Counted from the first letter of the whole stretch, positions 44,770-58,454 are shown. The stretch: 63,976 nucleotides of DNA, filler included, from Hyphochytrium catenoides (GCA_900088475.1; 8 parts of 8 records of this genome joined end to end with filler, not necessarily neighbours in it), one strand, 5' to 3'. Notes: generated by a model from the letters alone, not told the origin. Numbers and translations are program-made.

Positions 44770-47700
44770 CTAACTCTTAGAGTTCGAAGCCATAATGTGG
44801 CTTAACTGTCGCGTCTCAGCCACCCTGACTCCCGCATCTCTCACAATCCTGATCAGTCGCGCGGCTTGCAAGTGGTACGTCTGGTAGGATTGCATGTGAA
44901 GGAGTGCCTCCCGGCAAAGGACCTGGATCTTTCCTACAGCACTGCTCGTGTTAGAGTCATTTGAACTGGAGGATAGCGCATCTGTCTCGTAGCCGCTGTA
45001 GCCCTCTGACATCCATGCAGGACTGCTGCGATCAAGTTGAGCAGCGACTGCGTCAGCTTGATGTTCCTGAGCCGGTGGGTGAGGGGCCGCTTGCTCAGCC
45101 TCAACATTCTGTGTAGCTCCAGCTCCAGTGTTCAGACCTTCATCTGTTGCTAACTCTGGAATGGAGAGGTGTCGGATGGGAGCGCCTGTCATGGTCACGC
45201 TAGACAGACGTGCTGTCCTCTCTTTCCCTTCGTTTCGCCTAGCCGTGTCTTGGTCATTGCTTTGGGGCTTGTCATTTAGTATCGTAGTCAGATAAGCATC
45301 GTCCAAGAACTCGTCTAATGGTGTACGCTTTGCCTGATTAGCGTCACCCTCTTTCTTTTCTTCTTGATCACCTCCTCCAGCGCTGTTGCTCTCTTTCTGC
45401 GCTGCTTCCTCGTTAGCAGCTCCTTTTCCTTCAGGGTGGCCGCCACTTTCCTGCTCCAGGCCCTTGCCTGCTTGCTCGTTGCTCTTTCCTCCTTCCGGCT
45501 TCTCTCCGTTTACCATTTCCTCTGCCCCTCCCTCAATTTGGGGTTGCATGACGCCGTCGCGGTTTGCCTCATGCTCTTGGTCAAGTTGGAGGTTTGCTTG
45601 GCTCTCAGCTTTAATCTCTGTAGAGGAAGATGAAGTTTGAAAGTGTTACTCAAGCACAATGACACTTTACGGCAAAGCTTAGCAGAATGACTCAGAGAGT
45701 GGTGGAAATAGAAGCAAGACACGCCGACTAAGGCTCAACAGGAAAAGAGGGGACAGAAGAAGTCTGATCTCTCACAAAAGCTTCTTATACAACCCAGCTC
45801 TACCTTGAACGATGTCTCCAACATCCATCAGCTCGTCTTTGGCTTTTCTTAGAATATCGAGCAGCTGAATCTCTTCGGGCTCTAACTGAAGATGGGAATG
45901 GTTCTTCATTGCGCTTCCTGACTGTTGCGCAGCCTAAAGCACAGATAGGGATGGTAGACACAGGAAGGAAGACCAGTTAGGGAAGAGGAAGGCTGACTCT
46001 TAACAAGCGCCGAAACTATGGGAGGAGGCTGGATGAAGGTAGTGGTGATGAGCTGCAGGAAGCCCCGTACTAACGGACGTCTAGCGGAGGCGGCCGAGTG
46101 AGATATCTCACCTTGCGCTCCCTCTGCTCCTGATAGCAGGTGTAATACTGCACTCCCACAAGCGTGAGGGGCAGTGCCATATAGAACGTCCCAACCATCA
46201 TTGCCATGCAAGCCACAACCTTGCCAACGCGAGTTACCGGAACGACGTCTCCATATCCTGTGGTAGTCACACTAGAGACAAACCAAGTCACGATAAGGTA
46301 ACCCTTTGGAAGAGAGAAAAACCAGATCGCTGAAGAGAGGAGGTATATAGAGTTATTCAGACCGGTATAAAAGATCTAACCCACGGTGTAGACATGTCTC
46401 TGCACCCGACGAGTTAAAAAGAAAAGGCCCACCATGAGTAGTAAAGAAGATAACAACTGAACGAGAAGCACCAAAGAAAATTGCCCTAAAATGGAAAGGA
46501 TGGGAGGCTGAGGACAACAGAAGAGAGGGGACTTTCCGTACGTGACAATGGTCAGCCACATCGCATTGAGGATGTTCGGAAGCTTGGAAGGCTGCTTGAA
46601 GTCATTGACTAGAACTCTTTTGCCCTCACGGAAGCCCAGGTTTGAGTTTTGAAAGCATGAAGGGCCAGAGCTCTGAATGTAACATGCTGACCCTTGCTCA
46701 AGAAAGAAAAACACCGCCGCGAAGACTTGGACGAGCACATATAGGACGAAGAGCTGCATTTGGAAGACAGAAGCAGGGATGAAGACGGATTATAGAGGGC
46801 TATTAGTGATTGAAGCACTTTACACTGCAGGGACCAGCTGACTGGATACGGACAGCTTTGTCAGTCCTCCGCAGTAAATTCTCTAACTTCTAAGCCAATC
46901 TTTCTCCAAGGCTCTTTCCATCACTTACCGGAACCATTAGACGGCGCATGCAGACTCGGAGAGTGGTGACCAATAGGTTCATGTCTTCCAGGTACTGTTC
47001 ATGACGAGGTACAAAACGACGGGAAGGATGGCACGGGACTAAGGGCTCAGGAAGGGTGCAAGGAGCCCCTTTAGGCAGAAACATTAAAGGTAAAAGGATG
47101 ATATCCCTCCTAACTTCGATCCAACATGAAATGAAACTACCTAGGTAAGACTTTGAATATGCCTGACAAGGCGGAGTAACATTTTGGAGGAAGGGACGAC
47201 AGTATGCGGCGAACAGAAAGGATCGCTACCCGAGTAAACTTCAATAGCCTAAAGCACTGCAGCAGTTTGCCCAGTTTGTATGCGGACATACCACCTGGGA
47301 CGAAGGCGAAGTTGATGGCATAGCCGTACACGAGGGAACGTGAGAGCTACAGAACAGGAGAACGGAAGGAAGGCAGTTAGGTTGATTGCCACAATTAGCG
47401 GATCTATTGGCTGTCTAGGTCAGCGACTTGGGCAGGGGATTGTCTAGAAAAGTAAAGAGGCTCCCACCAAAGTGAGACGGAACCCTCAGGACAACAATGA
47501 AGCGCAGAGAGAGAGAGCCAGAAGCCCCAGAGGACGACAAGAAATGAGTCTTTGAGGAAGGGACAAAGAAGAGAGAGGATAAGAGGAAAGGAGGGAGGAG
47601 GGCGCTCAGACCTCTAGGTAGAACGGAACAACCGAGATGGTGTCGACCATTGCATAACCGTCCATGAAGAATTGAACGGTCGACTTCGCCCCAATAAAGC

Positions 47701-50700
47701 GCAGCAGGACTTCGACCGAAAAGACTGAAACGAGAGAAAAGATCAGTTGAGATCCCGTCAGAGAGAGAAAAGGCATAGTGGGGTAACAACTAGCTTGGCG
47801 ACGTCTGAAAAGAGTAAGGGTAAGTTGGGACCCTTGGAGCACGCGGCTATTAACGCGGCCTCGTGCCCACAAAGTCTACTGAACCAAAGGTCAAGGCATC
47901 ATGCTTTCAGAAGGACGAGTTCCGCCCTATTGAGTACGTACAAACGACGACGTAACAAGAAGTGCAACGAGAGAAGAAAAGGTAGGCACCAGAGATGGAG
48001 AAAGGGCAGGGGTGATTCGCGTCCTACCGCCACCAAACACGAACTCAAAATAGTTCCAATAGTTCTCGAGGCTGACAACAAGTCCGTGGTCTGGCCGGAA
48101 AGTATTGCATTCCAGTCTGAAGCAGATCCCACTTCGTATGCCGGCATTTTCAGCGTATCCAAACGGCTGGCGGCTGGTGTCACCCCACCAGGAAGTGCAT
48201 AGGGAGTCGTGGGACGCACTGTTAGTGTGACTTCTCAAAGGTATGTTGAAGGTGGGGGTTTTAAGATAGGCTGCTTTAAGCAGGGCAAGATCAGGACCAT
48301 CGAAGGTATAAGACGAATTAGTGAAGGAGTCGCAGTGGCCAGTGGGATCCTAGTCGTCACCTCCAGTGAATTCCAAGCTAACGAAGGTATCAAGCAGCTA
48401 ACAGAAGCGAGGGATGGACCATTCCCAGTTCCTACGGTCAAGAAGAACATGTAGCCAAATACCTGTCCTCAATGAGCCTAGACAGGGTTGCATTCTTTGG
48501 TCCTTGTCTTTCCCTGCAAGTCAGGGCCTCTGCTTCGCTGGAGCCGAAGTTAAACCCTTGGCCGAAGCAGCTATCATTGTACTCATTTGGCCCGCAGTCA
48601 AACCGTAGAGGCTAGGAAGAAATCGGATAGGCACACGTGGAAGCGAAAGGCTGGCGTCAGGATGCTTGAGTGCTGGGTTTCATTCGAGCTCCCACGTCTT
48701 CAGACCCAACGCTATAGTTTCTCTGAGTGCTGACTGCTAGTTTTCCGGTCTCAAGAGGTATAGACTTTCCTTTGTCTCTTTCAGACCTCTATCGTGTGTG
48801 ACACCTATAGAGGAAGTGCCAGCTTACCTTTCTCTCATAGTCGACGGTATGTGGCTTGTACAAGAAGCAGCCTGGGTCTGTCTGGAAGGTAACGTTGTTG
48901 GAGGTACAATACTCATGAACTGCCATGCGACAGAGAGGTGTACTTTCTCCCCACGCCTGGAACTCGGGAGCCGACTCCATCAGGAAAATGATACACGAAA
49001 TGAAGGTGACGCCCTTGATGAGAGTATTCAAGGCACTATTGAGGACAAAACATGGAGAGGAGAAGAAAGGGGAAGGAAATGAGAAGAACAAGGTTTCTCG
49101 TGAGCCTCATCTTGGAGGTAAGAAGCTATACTTGGACAGAGCACTAGTTGGGGGGAAGCGCGCGTAGCCACCACGTGATGGAATGAGGGGAGCAAATGAT
49201 ATCCCACGGAATGGCGCTAGCCGTCTGCGGGGGAGTATGGAAGCAAGCCAATAGAGGGTTAGCCCACCTGGCCATCCAAGAGGATTCAGGCACTTCCATC
49301 AGAAACCAGATCTGTCGCCTGAAGTCTTCCCATCTCCTTTGCTGCCTCTTTGCGACATTCAACACAAATGACTGCCGCTTCGTGCTTGAAGTGGCGAGGC
49401 TAGGACAAGAGAAAGAGAGGCCCACAACCGGGAAGCGAGAGAGCCGCGAAAGAGGAACTTCTTCAGGTCCTAATGCAAGCAATAACTGAAGAGGTATACA
49501 GGTGTGATATTGGAAGACGGACGGAGTAGTAGGAGCACGAGAGAAGGAATGAGTGCCATAATGGTCAGGGCAACGACCACTTGCAAAGCTTGGATACAGA
49601 AGCAAAGCATTGACTGCTCTCTTAGAAGGGATTAGATTGAAAACCGCAGGGAGAGGGAGCTGGATGAGTCCAAGAGCGAACAAAGAAGCTAAAGTCTCAC
49701 AGTGGCGCTTTAGGAATGGCAATTGTGGACATCCTTTTCTGTAGATCGTAGCCGCGTTTGATTGCGAGCATATCACGCTTGATGCTCTCTCTTCGCTTCA
49801 ATACTGCTTCCTTCAGTGTCACCTTTGAAAGAGAGAGAATATTAACGTGAGCAGCGGAGCCATCATTGCAGAAAATGATAAGAAGGCAGGGCTCTAACCA
49901 ACAGACAACTGACGCTAAGAGGAGAACGTTGGAACTTCAGCTTCAGTCCACTTAAGGACTACATGCTTGCCATAGGACAGGATAACAGAAAGAAGGCTAA
50001 TAAGCTGGTACCCGTCAACACACTCTGTCGCTGGACTTTCCCTATGATCGTGTCTTTTTCTTAGCTAATTTTGCACCAGTGAACTATTCTCACATACCCA
50101 AGTAGCTGACGAACTCTGCAGTCCTGAGATGTCTTGGACCATTCGGTGATGTTGCCTGACCAACAGCTTTCCCGTCCTCTCGGCCAATGCAATTGTTCTC
50201 TTTATATCTTGGTGAGTGCAATCGGGGAAAGAGGTGCGAAGGTCTAGTTCTGTGATAGTCTCCACCATTGCATTCAGGGAATTAGTTTGCGCTAGCCAGC
50301 GGTCAGTGATGAAGTCATGGGGCCGGGCACAGGTGTAGCGTCCTTGATTGGTCATCAGACTGCACGTAAGCGGCTTGCGTAAGTGAGAACTCCAGGCAAG
50401 AACGAGGGATAACAGGGGCACCATCAACGTCTGGTCTTTTGGGCTCTCTCACGTCTAATCGCATGCTATGTCCCTCAAGGTAACTCCGTTGTTTACCTGT
50501 GTCCACTCTTCTTCGCCTTCGTCGCATCCTGAGGGTTATTGCCTATCCTGGCGGCGTCCACCACGAGGATGCTCTGCTTCGACCACTCGGGGACATGGCC
50601 TCGAGGGCTGTTCTGGGAGTTAAGTGGGTCGGAGGTGGTTCTACTATCGTCCTGCTGCAATTTCGTAGCGGCTTGAAGCGTTCGGGCAGTCAGGCGGTTC

Positions 50701-53700
50701 TAGGGTGGAGTTTGAGAAAAGGTTAGAGAAAGAGGGAAGTGGATGAGGCAATGCAGTAGGTCATAAAGCTCAAATGTACTAGAAAGTCGCAGAAAGTGTG
50801 GGTGAGATCGGAAGACAAGTCGTCGAGTTGCAGCGGAAAGAACGAAACGAGGACAATGGGCATATAATAAAACCAAGACGGACGGTAGCCACCTTGGATG
50901 AAGATGTGGACAGACAGGAACGTCAGGGGATGCAAGGTATACTGGAGTCAGACAGATCGATGTGGGGAAGCGACGTACCGTCTCGGCATTCCAAGCTGTT
51001 TGAAACTCGTTGCCAATAATGGCAAGAGGGATAGAGAGGAAAAGCGAGCCCAAGACCATACCCACAGAGCCCACAAGCTTGCCCAATGGTGTTTTAGGTA
51101 CGAAGTCTCCATAGCCCGTACTCGTCATACTAACAGGCAGTAGGTGAGAGGGGCGACGGAGAGAGGGAGAGAGGACTTCGCTTGCTTGAAAAATGGGACG
51201 CAGAGAGAGAGTGACACTAGAAGGAATAAAGTGAAAGGAAAGAGGAAAGGAAAGCGGATTAGGGCAACTATATTCCCTTACGTTGTGACCATAAAGTAGG
51301 CAGCATTGAGCACGTCATTGAACTTGCACTCGTCCTTTCCATTGCGAAGCAGGTCTAGCGTGGAGCAGGACTCCACGTAATAGACCAGTGTGGACATCAT
51401 CATCACCAAGACGAGGAAACCAAACAGCTAGAAGGCAAAGAGGAATAGTCACAGAGAGGACATGAGGTAAGCAATAGCAAAGACTACACAGGAGGGTGAT
51501 GGCGCGTGTAAAGAATGGTGAGGACGAACCCAGAAGGACAGTGAAAGAGGGGAACACGTGGAGAGAAGCATTGGCTTGGAATATGAAGCTTAGAAGTGTT
51601 AGGAATAGCAGCTGGGAAGAGAAAGCATGTACGAGAAAATGAAAGATAGCCCTTATGGCAAACCGACGTACCGGGACTTTTAATGGCCCTGCTGACTCCT
51701 TCAACGTGATCACAATGATTCTAGCACCCGTCCAGTGCTAGAGAGATCGCCGGAGTTAAGGAAGAAGGATGCAGGCAAGGGTTGGGATATGGGGATTACT
51801 TGTGAGCAGCAAGACCACGGAGTAGAATAAGGGCGGACAGAAAAGAGCGAAGAAGGGCAAACCATTGAAGAGAGAAAAGGCTGACGAGAAAGGGTCGGAC
51901 AGGGAGACACACAGACGAAGGTTCCAAGCATGACGGGAGAGACAGGCAAATCCAAAAGTGCATGTAGCAGAGGGTCACGGGTTAGCAGAGGTCAGCCAGA
52001 TTGCCACCACTCTCTCTCATTCCATGTTCTTGGATCTCCAGCACCTCTGAACCCACTTCTTATGAGTCCTCACCTTGATCAGTCTAAATAACCTCAGGAT
52101 CCTAAAAATCCTGCAGACACGGATGACCACTCCGAAGGGGCTCGTATCCTTATCGTTCAAGCGGATAAGGCCCGCTCTATCAGCATAGAACGGCACAAGC
52201 GCTAGGAGGTCGAACCAGTTCATCAATAGACGCACAAATGGCTTCTCCTGGCCCTCCTCTGCCTGTCTAAGGAATGGACTGTGGCATAGCGCGCGGATAA
52301 GAAACTCAAGAGAGAAGGCAATGTTGATGCCTGTCTCTATATCAGTGTACATCTGGGGAGGAAGCCAACATTTGTGTGTGGGGAAGCAGAAGCGTGAGGG
52401 TTGGTAGGTAGTTTGAGGTTAGCACGATGAGAGACACAAAGGAGAGGATGAAAAAGGCGTAGCGAGGAAAAGTGGGAGTCGGTGTTGCGCCCCCAGGCTG
52501 ATCCCCCTGGTAAAGATGTAAATTATAGATACCGAGACGAGGGCGTGACGCGGTCGCAACGAGGAACCGGATTGGATTGGTTTGAGAAGATGCTACAGAA
52601 GGTGATCGCGATGCAAGTAGACGATAGAAGAGAGACTTAGAAACGAGAAAGTAGACCATCGTAAAGGGTGATGTGAGTTCAGGAGACAAAGAAGACAAAG
52701 CGACGAGGAACAAAGGATAGAGCTGATTGCTCAAGTGGAAGGGCAACTGTTCAAGCTTGTACCTCTTGGGTTGGCAGAGTAGGTCTCCTGGCTGGGATAG
52801 GGATGATAACCCTATTCGGGTCCAGTGCGGGATTACTCTTATGATACTGATTGGGCCCATCCATTGTCTCAAGACATATCAAGAGTACGCTGAAGATAAC
52901 CAGAAGGGACATTACAAAGTGAAAGATGACCGCATAAGAAGAAGAGAGTGGATGCTCCATGAACTCTGCTATTTTCTCTCGACGAGTTTGGGGACGGAGG
53001 CGCTCTGCAGACAAAGGAGCATTTCTCAGATGACAGAGAAACGAATAGAGAGAGGCTAGACGAGAGCATAGCAAAGAAACCCATAGAGGAAAGATTAAAC
53101 TGCTCTAAAGGTAATAACACGAGGGCGGACTCAAAGTCGACGACAGAAACTAGGGAACAACCTTAGGAGGATTAATACTGAAGTCAACGGAGAAAGATTG
53201 ACCCAAGGCAACGCAGAGAATCCCGAAGAGACCGCGGGGAGCTGTTGGAAGCCCAGTGTGGAGACTTGGAGCGTCAAAGAGCCGTGGAAGAAAATTTAAG
53301 GGTAAGCGCACTCACTCTGCCGCATCTTGGTCGCTTGGTATCGGTAGAAATTCCGCAGAAGTAATCGCACTCCCGTGTATTTAAGCAAAAGGCTGACCCA
53401 GAATCTGCCCTCCGTCTCCACACCTCCATTCCTCATACTGTCGACTGAGAATAGAGAACCCTTTTTACGAGCACTTGCTAAGCCGGCTTTAAGGGTCTTT
53501 GTTGCCCGAGATCGGGTTGTCTTGGATGGGCCTGAGACAGCACCAGCCATACTGGCCTGCTCTTGCAAAGAGCCGAGGGCGTTGGTGAGGTTAGAAACCT
53601 TGGCGGGGTCCACCATTGCTGAACGCCTTTTCTCCATAGTATAGCTGCCCTGGCCGCGGGTGCTGCCAGCAGTTTGAATTCGGCTGTTGCTACTGCTGTT

Positions 53701-53832
53701 GCCACCTGCAGGACGGTGGGGGTTGCTGCCCCTGCTACGGCTGGTCAGATGACCACTGTCAGCCATACTTGTCCTCCTTTTCGTCATATCTTCCCCGACA
53801 TCCAGCGGTGCAACACCTTCTTGGGCGCTCAT
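44770..53832 (-). CDS. Tandem two-domain (2 x 6TM, two-pore) voltage-gated K+ channel-like protein, multi-exon
   Basis: Domain I: FMEHPLSSSYA, S1-S3 (NWFDLLALVPFY), S4 RVCRIFRILRLFRLIK, pore MTSTGYGDFVPKT (~51100-51128). Domain II: IWFLMEVPESSWMA, VDTISVVPFY, S4 KLGKLLQCFRLLKFTR, pore VTTTGYGDVVPVT (~46240-46270). Linker exons are stop-free and phase-compatible. Confidence 0.85.
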
Positions 53833-54704
53833 GTTGACCCCTGGAAGTATGCTACTACCGGGACTACACGTATGATTCTCAGTCGTGCCGCCTAATTAGA
53901 ATGAGCGCTACCTATGCACTCTTTTAGATCCTGAAGCAGCTGAAAAGCCACGCACATTCGATCTTCATCTTATCTGGACTTAAGCCAGTGGCCATCATAG
54001 CCTTGCTTGTACCGTTTTAGGCTGCCCGCGCTCTCCAAGCCGACGGCGATGGCCTCCGTTCGCCTATTATTGAGCTCTACTACTACCATGCAATGACTCC
54101 TTTACGCTCTGGCAGCTCCGTTTGGCTCCTGAGAGTCACAGCGTCCTTGCAGCCCAGGAGCGCCAAGAACAGCGCGGTCAAGCGGTCGTAGCGTCATCCA
54201 CGCCGCCATCGAAGGATAGAACGCCAAGCTACGGGGCAAAACGGTAGTCGGGAATCCTGTGTGCGAACCCTCACAAGGGCTTTAATCTTGAGCTCGTTCA
54301 AAGGCGCCATATCATGGCTCGGGCTTAAAGGCTTGGTCCATCCGTTTCGTTCAGGCCAATCAGCTGAAAGATTCAAAAGATGAACCTTTAGATAAATTGC
54401 AACCTTGACTTTAGTTCCTGGAATGGATCTTTTGAGATTTATGCTTCTTGTGAAATCTTTCATCCTGTCATCCCAAGAAACTGCTTGCCATACAAATGTT
54501 TAGTGTTGGGAACTGAGTCTTTGTCATTGCCATCCCAAACTGCAGATTGGCCAATAAAGCTTCGCTTGGAAGCTTCATTCGTAAGCTCTGTTATTGCCAG
54601 CACAGAGCAGGAAGGTGTAAAGCACAAAGCATTGGCTTCAGTGTCGCACAAGCTCCGGAAGTAGGTGCAAAAAGCAAAGTGTTCGCTTTCCGCACCGTAA
54701 CACC

Positions 54705-56258
54705 ATGAAGGACCTGTATGCTCTTCTCGGCGTGACGCGGTCTTCTGACGAGCGAGATGTAAAGCGCGCGTACGTCAGCTCACTGCTTTCTTTCTTTTTG
54801 GTCTGTTAAACAAACAGGAATACCCTGTTTATAACGATATCTATTCGTGTAGGTATCGCATGCTGGCTTTGAAGTATCATCCAGAGAAGAACCTAGATAA
54901 CCCAGCGGCCAAGGAAAAGTTTGACGAGATCTCACAAGCGTTTGATATCCTTAGCAACCTCGAGCGCCGCGCTGTCTACGACCAATGGGGTTTGGAAGGA
55001 GTATATAAGGGTACAGTCAAGGAAGAAGGTCGGGATCACTTAAGCACTGCCNNNNNNCCTATGAAGCCGCCTTCAGGGAGGATGGCCCAAAGAAGCATGC
55101 CGCTGTTGAAAACGAGCTTCCCTGCTCTCTGGAAGAGTTGTACTCTGGCAGCACAAAGCGCGTGACTATCACTAGAAAGGTACATTTCCTATCAATCCAA
55201 GAGTAGGGGAAGAGGGCTTACCCTTTCTGTCTCTTACAGCGGTATAACAATGAAAAGCAGTTAGAGGAATCAAGCAAGACGCTTACGATAATTATCAAGC
55301 CTGGTAGGTCGCCCATAGAGGAGAACGTTCCAAACTAGGAACACGGTTTTCTTTCCACTCTTGCTTTCTTTGTTGCTTCCCACTATCTTTTCCATCCAAA
55401 TGCCTCTCCTCCTTCCAATTTCCATGTTCCTATAGGAGTTTTGCTAACTGATTCTCCTAGGGTTTAAGAAGGGTACTAAATTCACGTTCCCTGGAGAAGG
55501 AGATGAGGGTCCTGGTACAATCCCTTCGGACGTTGTGTTCACGCTGGTAGAAAAGAAGCATGACAACTTTGAAAGAGATGGTAAGTAACTCCGTCGAGCA
55601 GATTGAAAAGGAGTCAAGTCAACTTGACATATCATAGGTCGAGTCATCACCTTCGCCCCTTTGTCCTCTCTTCTATTCCTCCTTTCAGCGTTCCATCATG
55701 TCTTAGACGTTCGTTCGAGGATCGCATTCTCCTACCTCCACTTCTCTCCTAGACTGTTGAATCCGCTTCCTGTGGTTTGCACTGCCAGAACCCTACTGTG
55801 CTACTATCATGTACTCTCGTGCTTTAGTCCACCGGCAATGGTCCTCGCTGACTACTAACAATATGCCTCTTCTTATCCCCTGTATGATCCAACGCTTGGT
55901 TCGATAGGACACGATCTTATACATACGTCTAAGATATCACTCGCGGAGGCCTTAACTGACTGTGTGGTCAAAGTTCCGACTCTAGATGGCCGAAAGTTGG
56001 CTGTATCATGCAATGAAGTTGTCTATCCCGGTTACGAGAAAGTTGTCCCAGGTAATCACAGGCATTCTCAGCGTCGGTATAGGCTAGGTACCTCAACACT
56101 TCTCGTTTACAGGAGAGGGCATGCCAAGTGGGAAGAACGGCGCAGCGAAGGGCAACTTGAAAATCCGCTTTGCCATAGAGTTCCCAAAGTATCTATCGGA
56201 CTCGAAACGGGTGGAGATCAAGAAACTGTTGCTGAATCCTGAGAGGGAGCTCTCATAG
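54705..56258 (+). CDS. DNAJB13: Type II Hsp40/DnaJ co-chaperone, DNAJB13 (radial spoke RSP16)-like, multi-exon; small N gap at 55052-55057
   Basis: J domain MKDLYALLGV...AYRMLALKYHPEKN (HPE variant of HPD), followed by CSLEELYSG.TK, KPGFKKGTKFTFPGEGDEGP..IPSDVVF, ISLAEALT, VPTLDGRKL, PGYEKVVPGEGMP and KGNL.I.F.IEFP. No zinc-finger region. Subfamily assignment is by resemblance. Confidence 0.78.
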
Positions 56259-57706
56259 GAGGATGAGTGTCTGGTGTACAAGGTGTGCGTCGTTAATGTA
56301 TAGAAAGAGAAAGACCGCGCAAGACTGGAGAGGTTGTCCACATCAGCACTGGTATGTTCGGCAGTGAACGGCACTGATAACCTATAAGTGTAGCGATAAC
56401 GCTAGGGCCAAACAAATGGTACTATCTATGGCCCTTGGATCCGCCGTGCAGCTTGAATGGTGTGTATATGGAATCATGCTAAAGAGGGGTCTCTAGGGGC
56501 AAACCCAAAGCGTCCGTCTGCTTGTCGCCTTAAGGCCCCGCTTATCCGTAAGCACTAATCTACAGCCATTGCATCTATCACTCACAGTCAGCTCCAGAGA
56601 CGCCTAAGACTACATAGACAGAGGATTCTAGAGCCTACAGGCTAGCAGGGTCGCGGTGCCCTATACTTCTTTTTTTGCTTCCAGTTTGCATATGTTCGTT
56701 GCTGGTCATCACTAGAAATAAACCAAGTTTGTGAAGGGTTTTTGAGTGCACAGGCACCCTGTTGCTATTATTCGTTGCTGGTTATCACTAGCAGATAACG
56801 GTCACGGTGTTGACAGATCTCCTCTAGAGCTGAGTAAGCAAAGCCCGCTCCCTGCCTTACGGCTTCTCCTGTTTCCAACTAGGTGAAGTTCTTTCTAACG
56901 CAGTCAGCAGATGCAAAGAGAGTTTGACACACTTTCATGACACCACAATACATTCCTAAAAATAAACTGCTTCTGTTTTATTGTTGGACTCCCTTGTCTA
57001 TGTGCGGTCAAGCCTCCAAGACCAACAAGCGGCATTAGATGAAGCTCACAGATCCTAAGAAAATACCCTCTCTGACACAATAACCGGAGAAACGAAGAGA
57101 CAGAACGGATTAAAGTCGAGGAACCTATAGAAGTCGGCCAGCGTCGAGATGAAGACTTGCGACCATACAAAAAGCCAAGGCGAGGAGAGACGGCATGGAA
57201 AGAGAAGACTTGACGAGAATGGAAAAGCCTAGAGGTAAAGGACAGAAGACAGAAGCAGTATCAAGGGAGAGTTACCCTCTACTTACATTACCAAGTGCAC
57301 AACTGCTTCCAAGCCCTTCCGGTGCACTACACCCTAGAACAACGGGATCAGTCTAGCCTGCAGACCGCAGCGCTTCCACAGAGACAAGCATGGAGTGAAG
57401 AGGCGAGGATCGCACGGAGAAGCTGAAGTTCCCTGTCGGTGAGTCATCACTCACCTGCTGCAGGACTTGGCGCGTTGTCTCTTCTGGGCTTCTCTTGGAG
57501 TGGAAGGAACAACCCCAATGTTTGAACGAAACTCCCGCGGAATCCTGGGGGAGGCCTGAGGCTTTTGGACATAAATTAACCTTCACCTGCTGACGCTGTT
57601 GTACGACGTAGGCATGTTTGTTACTGTTTAGTATTGGAGTATCCGTAGGTAGGGATAGGTTACAGGCCTCCATAGTTTTGAGATTAGTCTTACACCCTGT
57701 GCCCTT

Positions 57707-57813
57707 ATTGGTCACTTTCATTTCATTCGCATTTTGATTGGGTAGAGTCAAAAGGTCAGCGGTTCTGATTGGGTGAGAGAATAACCATTCCATAATAGAA
57801 AGGCTCTGATTGG
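57707..57813 (-). promoter_or_regulatory. Phased CCAAT-box cluster upstream of a possible small spliced minus-strand gene
   Basis: ATTGG on the + strand at 57707, 57737, 57768 and 57809 (spacings 30, 31, 41). Three have CCAATCA context on the minus strand. Confidence 0.45.
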
Positions 57814-58418
57814 CTGAGTTTTGCCCGGCCTGGTTTGGTCCATGCTCACCTTCAGGACGACACTCACCTTAGGCTGACACTCTGTTCCGTGACTACAATA
57901 CTATGTGTATAGTCCTCGAAGTCACTCACCACACCCTATGGTGCGCGTCTTCTCGGATTCAATCTAAGAAGGGGTACTTCCTATGACACGACATCACTCC
58001 CTTTAGCACCTCACCGCATATTACTACGATTCTTGATAGAAAAACCCGAGTATCCTATATTACTACTGACTGTTACGACAGCGAATCAGCTTTTGAGAGG
58101 GTGAGAGGGAACACTGAACTACCGCAACAGTGCACACCCATCCCGGTGACTAATCCCTATCACAGCCTCCCACCCACCCTCTCCAACTCGATCCTGCAGC
58201 GGACAACAAACAAGAGGGAAAAAAGGAGGGCTGGGTTATCTAAAACGGATTGGGTATAGACAGAGTAAAGCGGAGGTAGATAAACAAACGACACGAGTGA
58301 ACACAAGAAGAATTACCGAGATGAGTCTGAAACAGACAGAGCCACATTTGATAGAGTCAGAGTAAGAAAGAGTTATGACTCCAGGTGCCAACCCTGACAA
58401 GCTTCCACAACGATCTCC

Positions 58419-58454
<36 letters not shown>

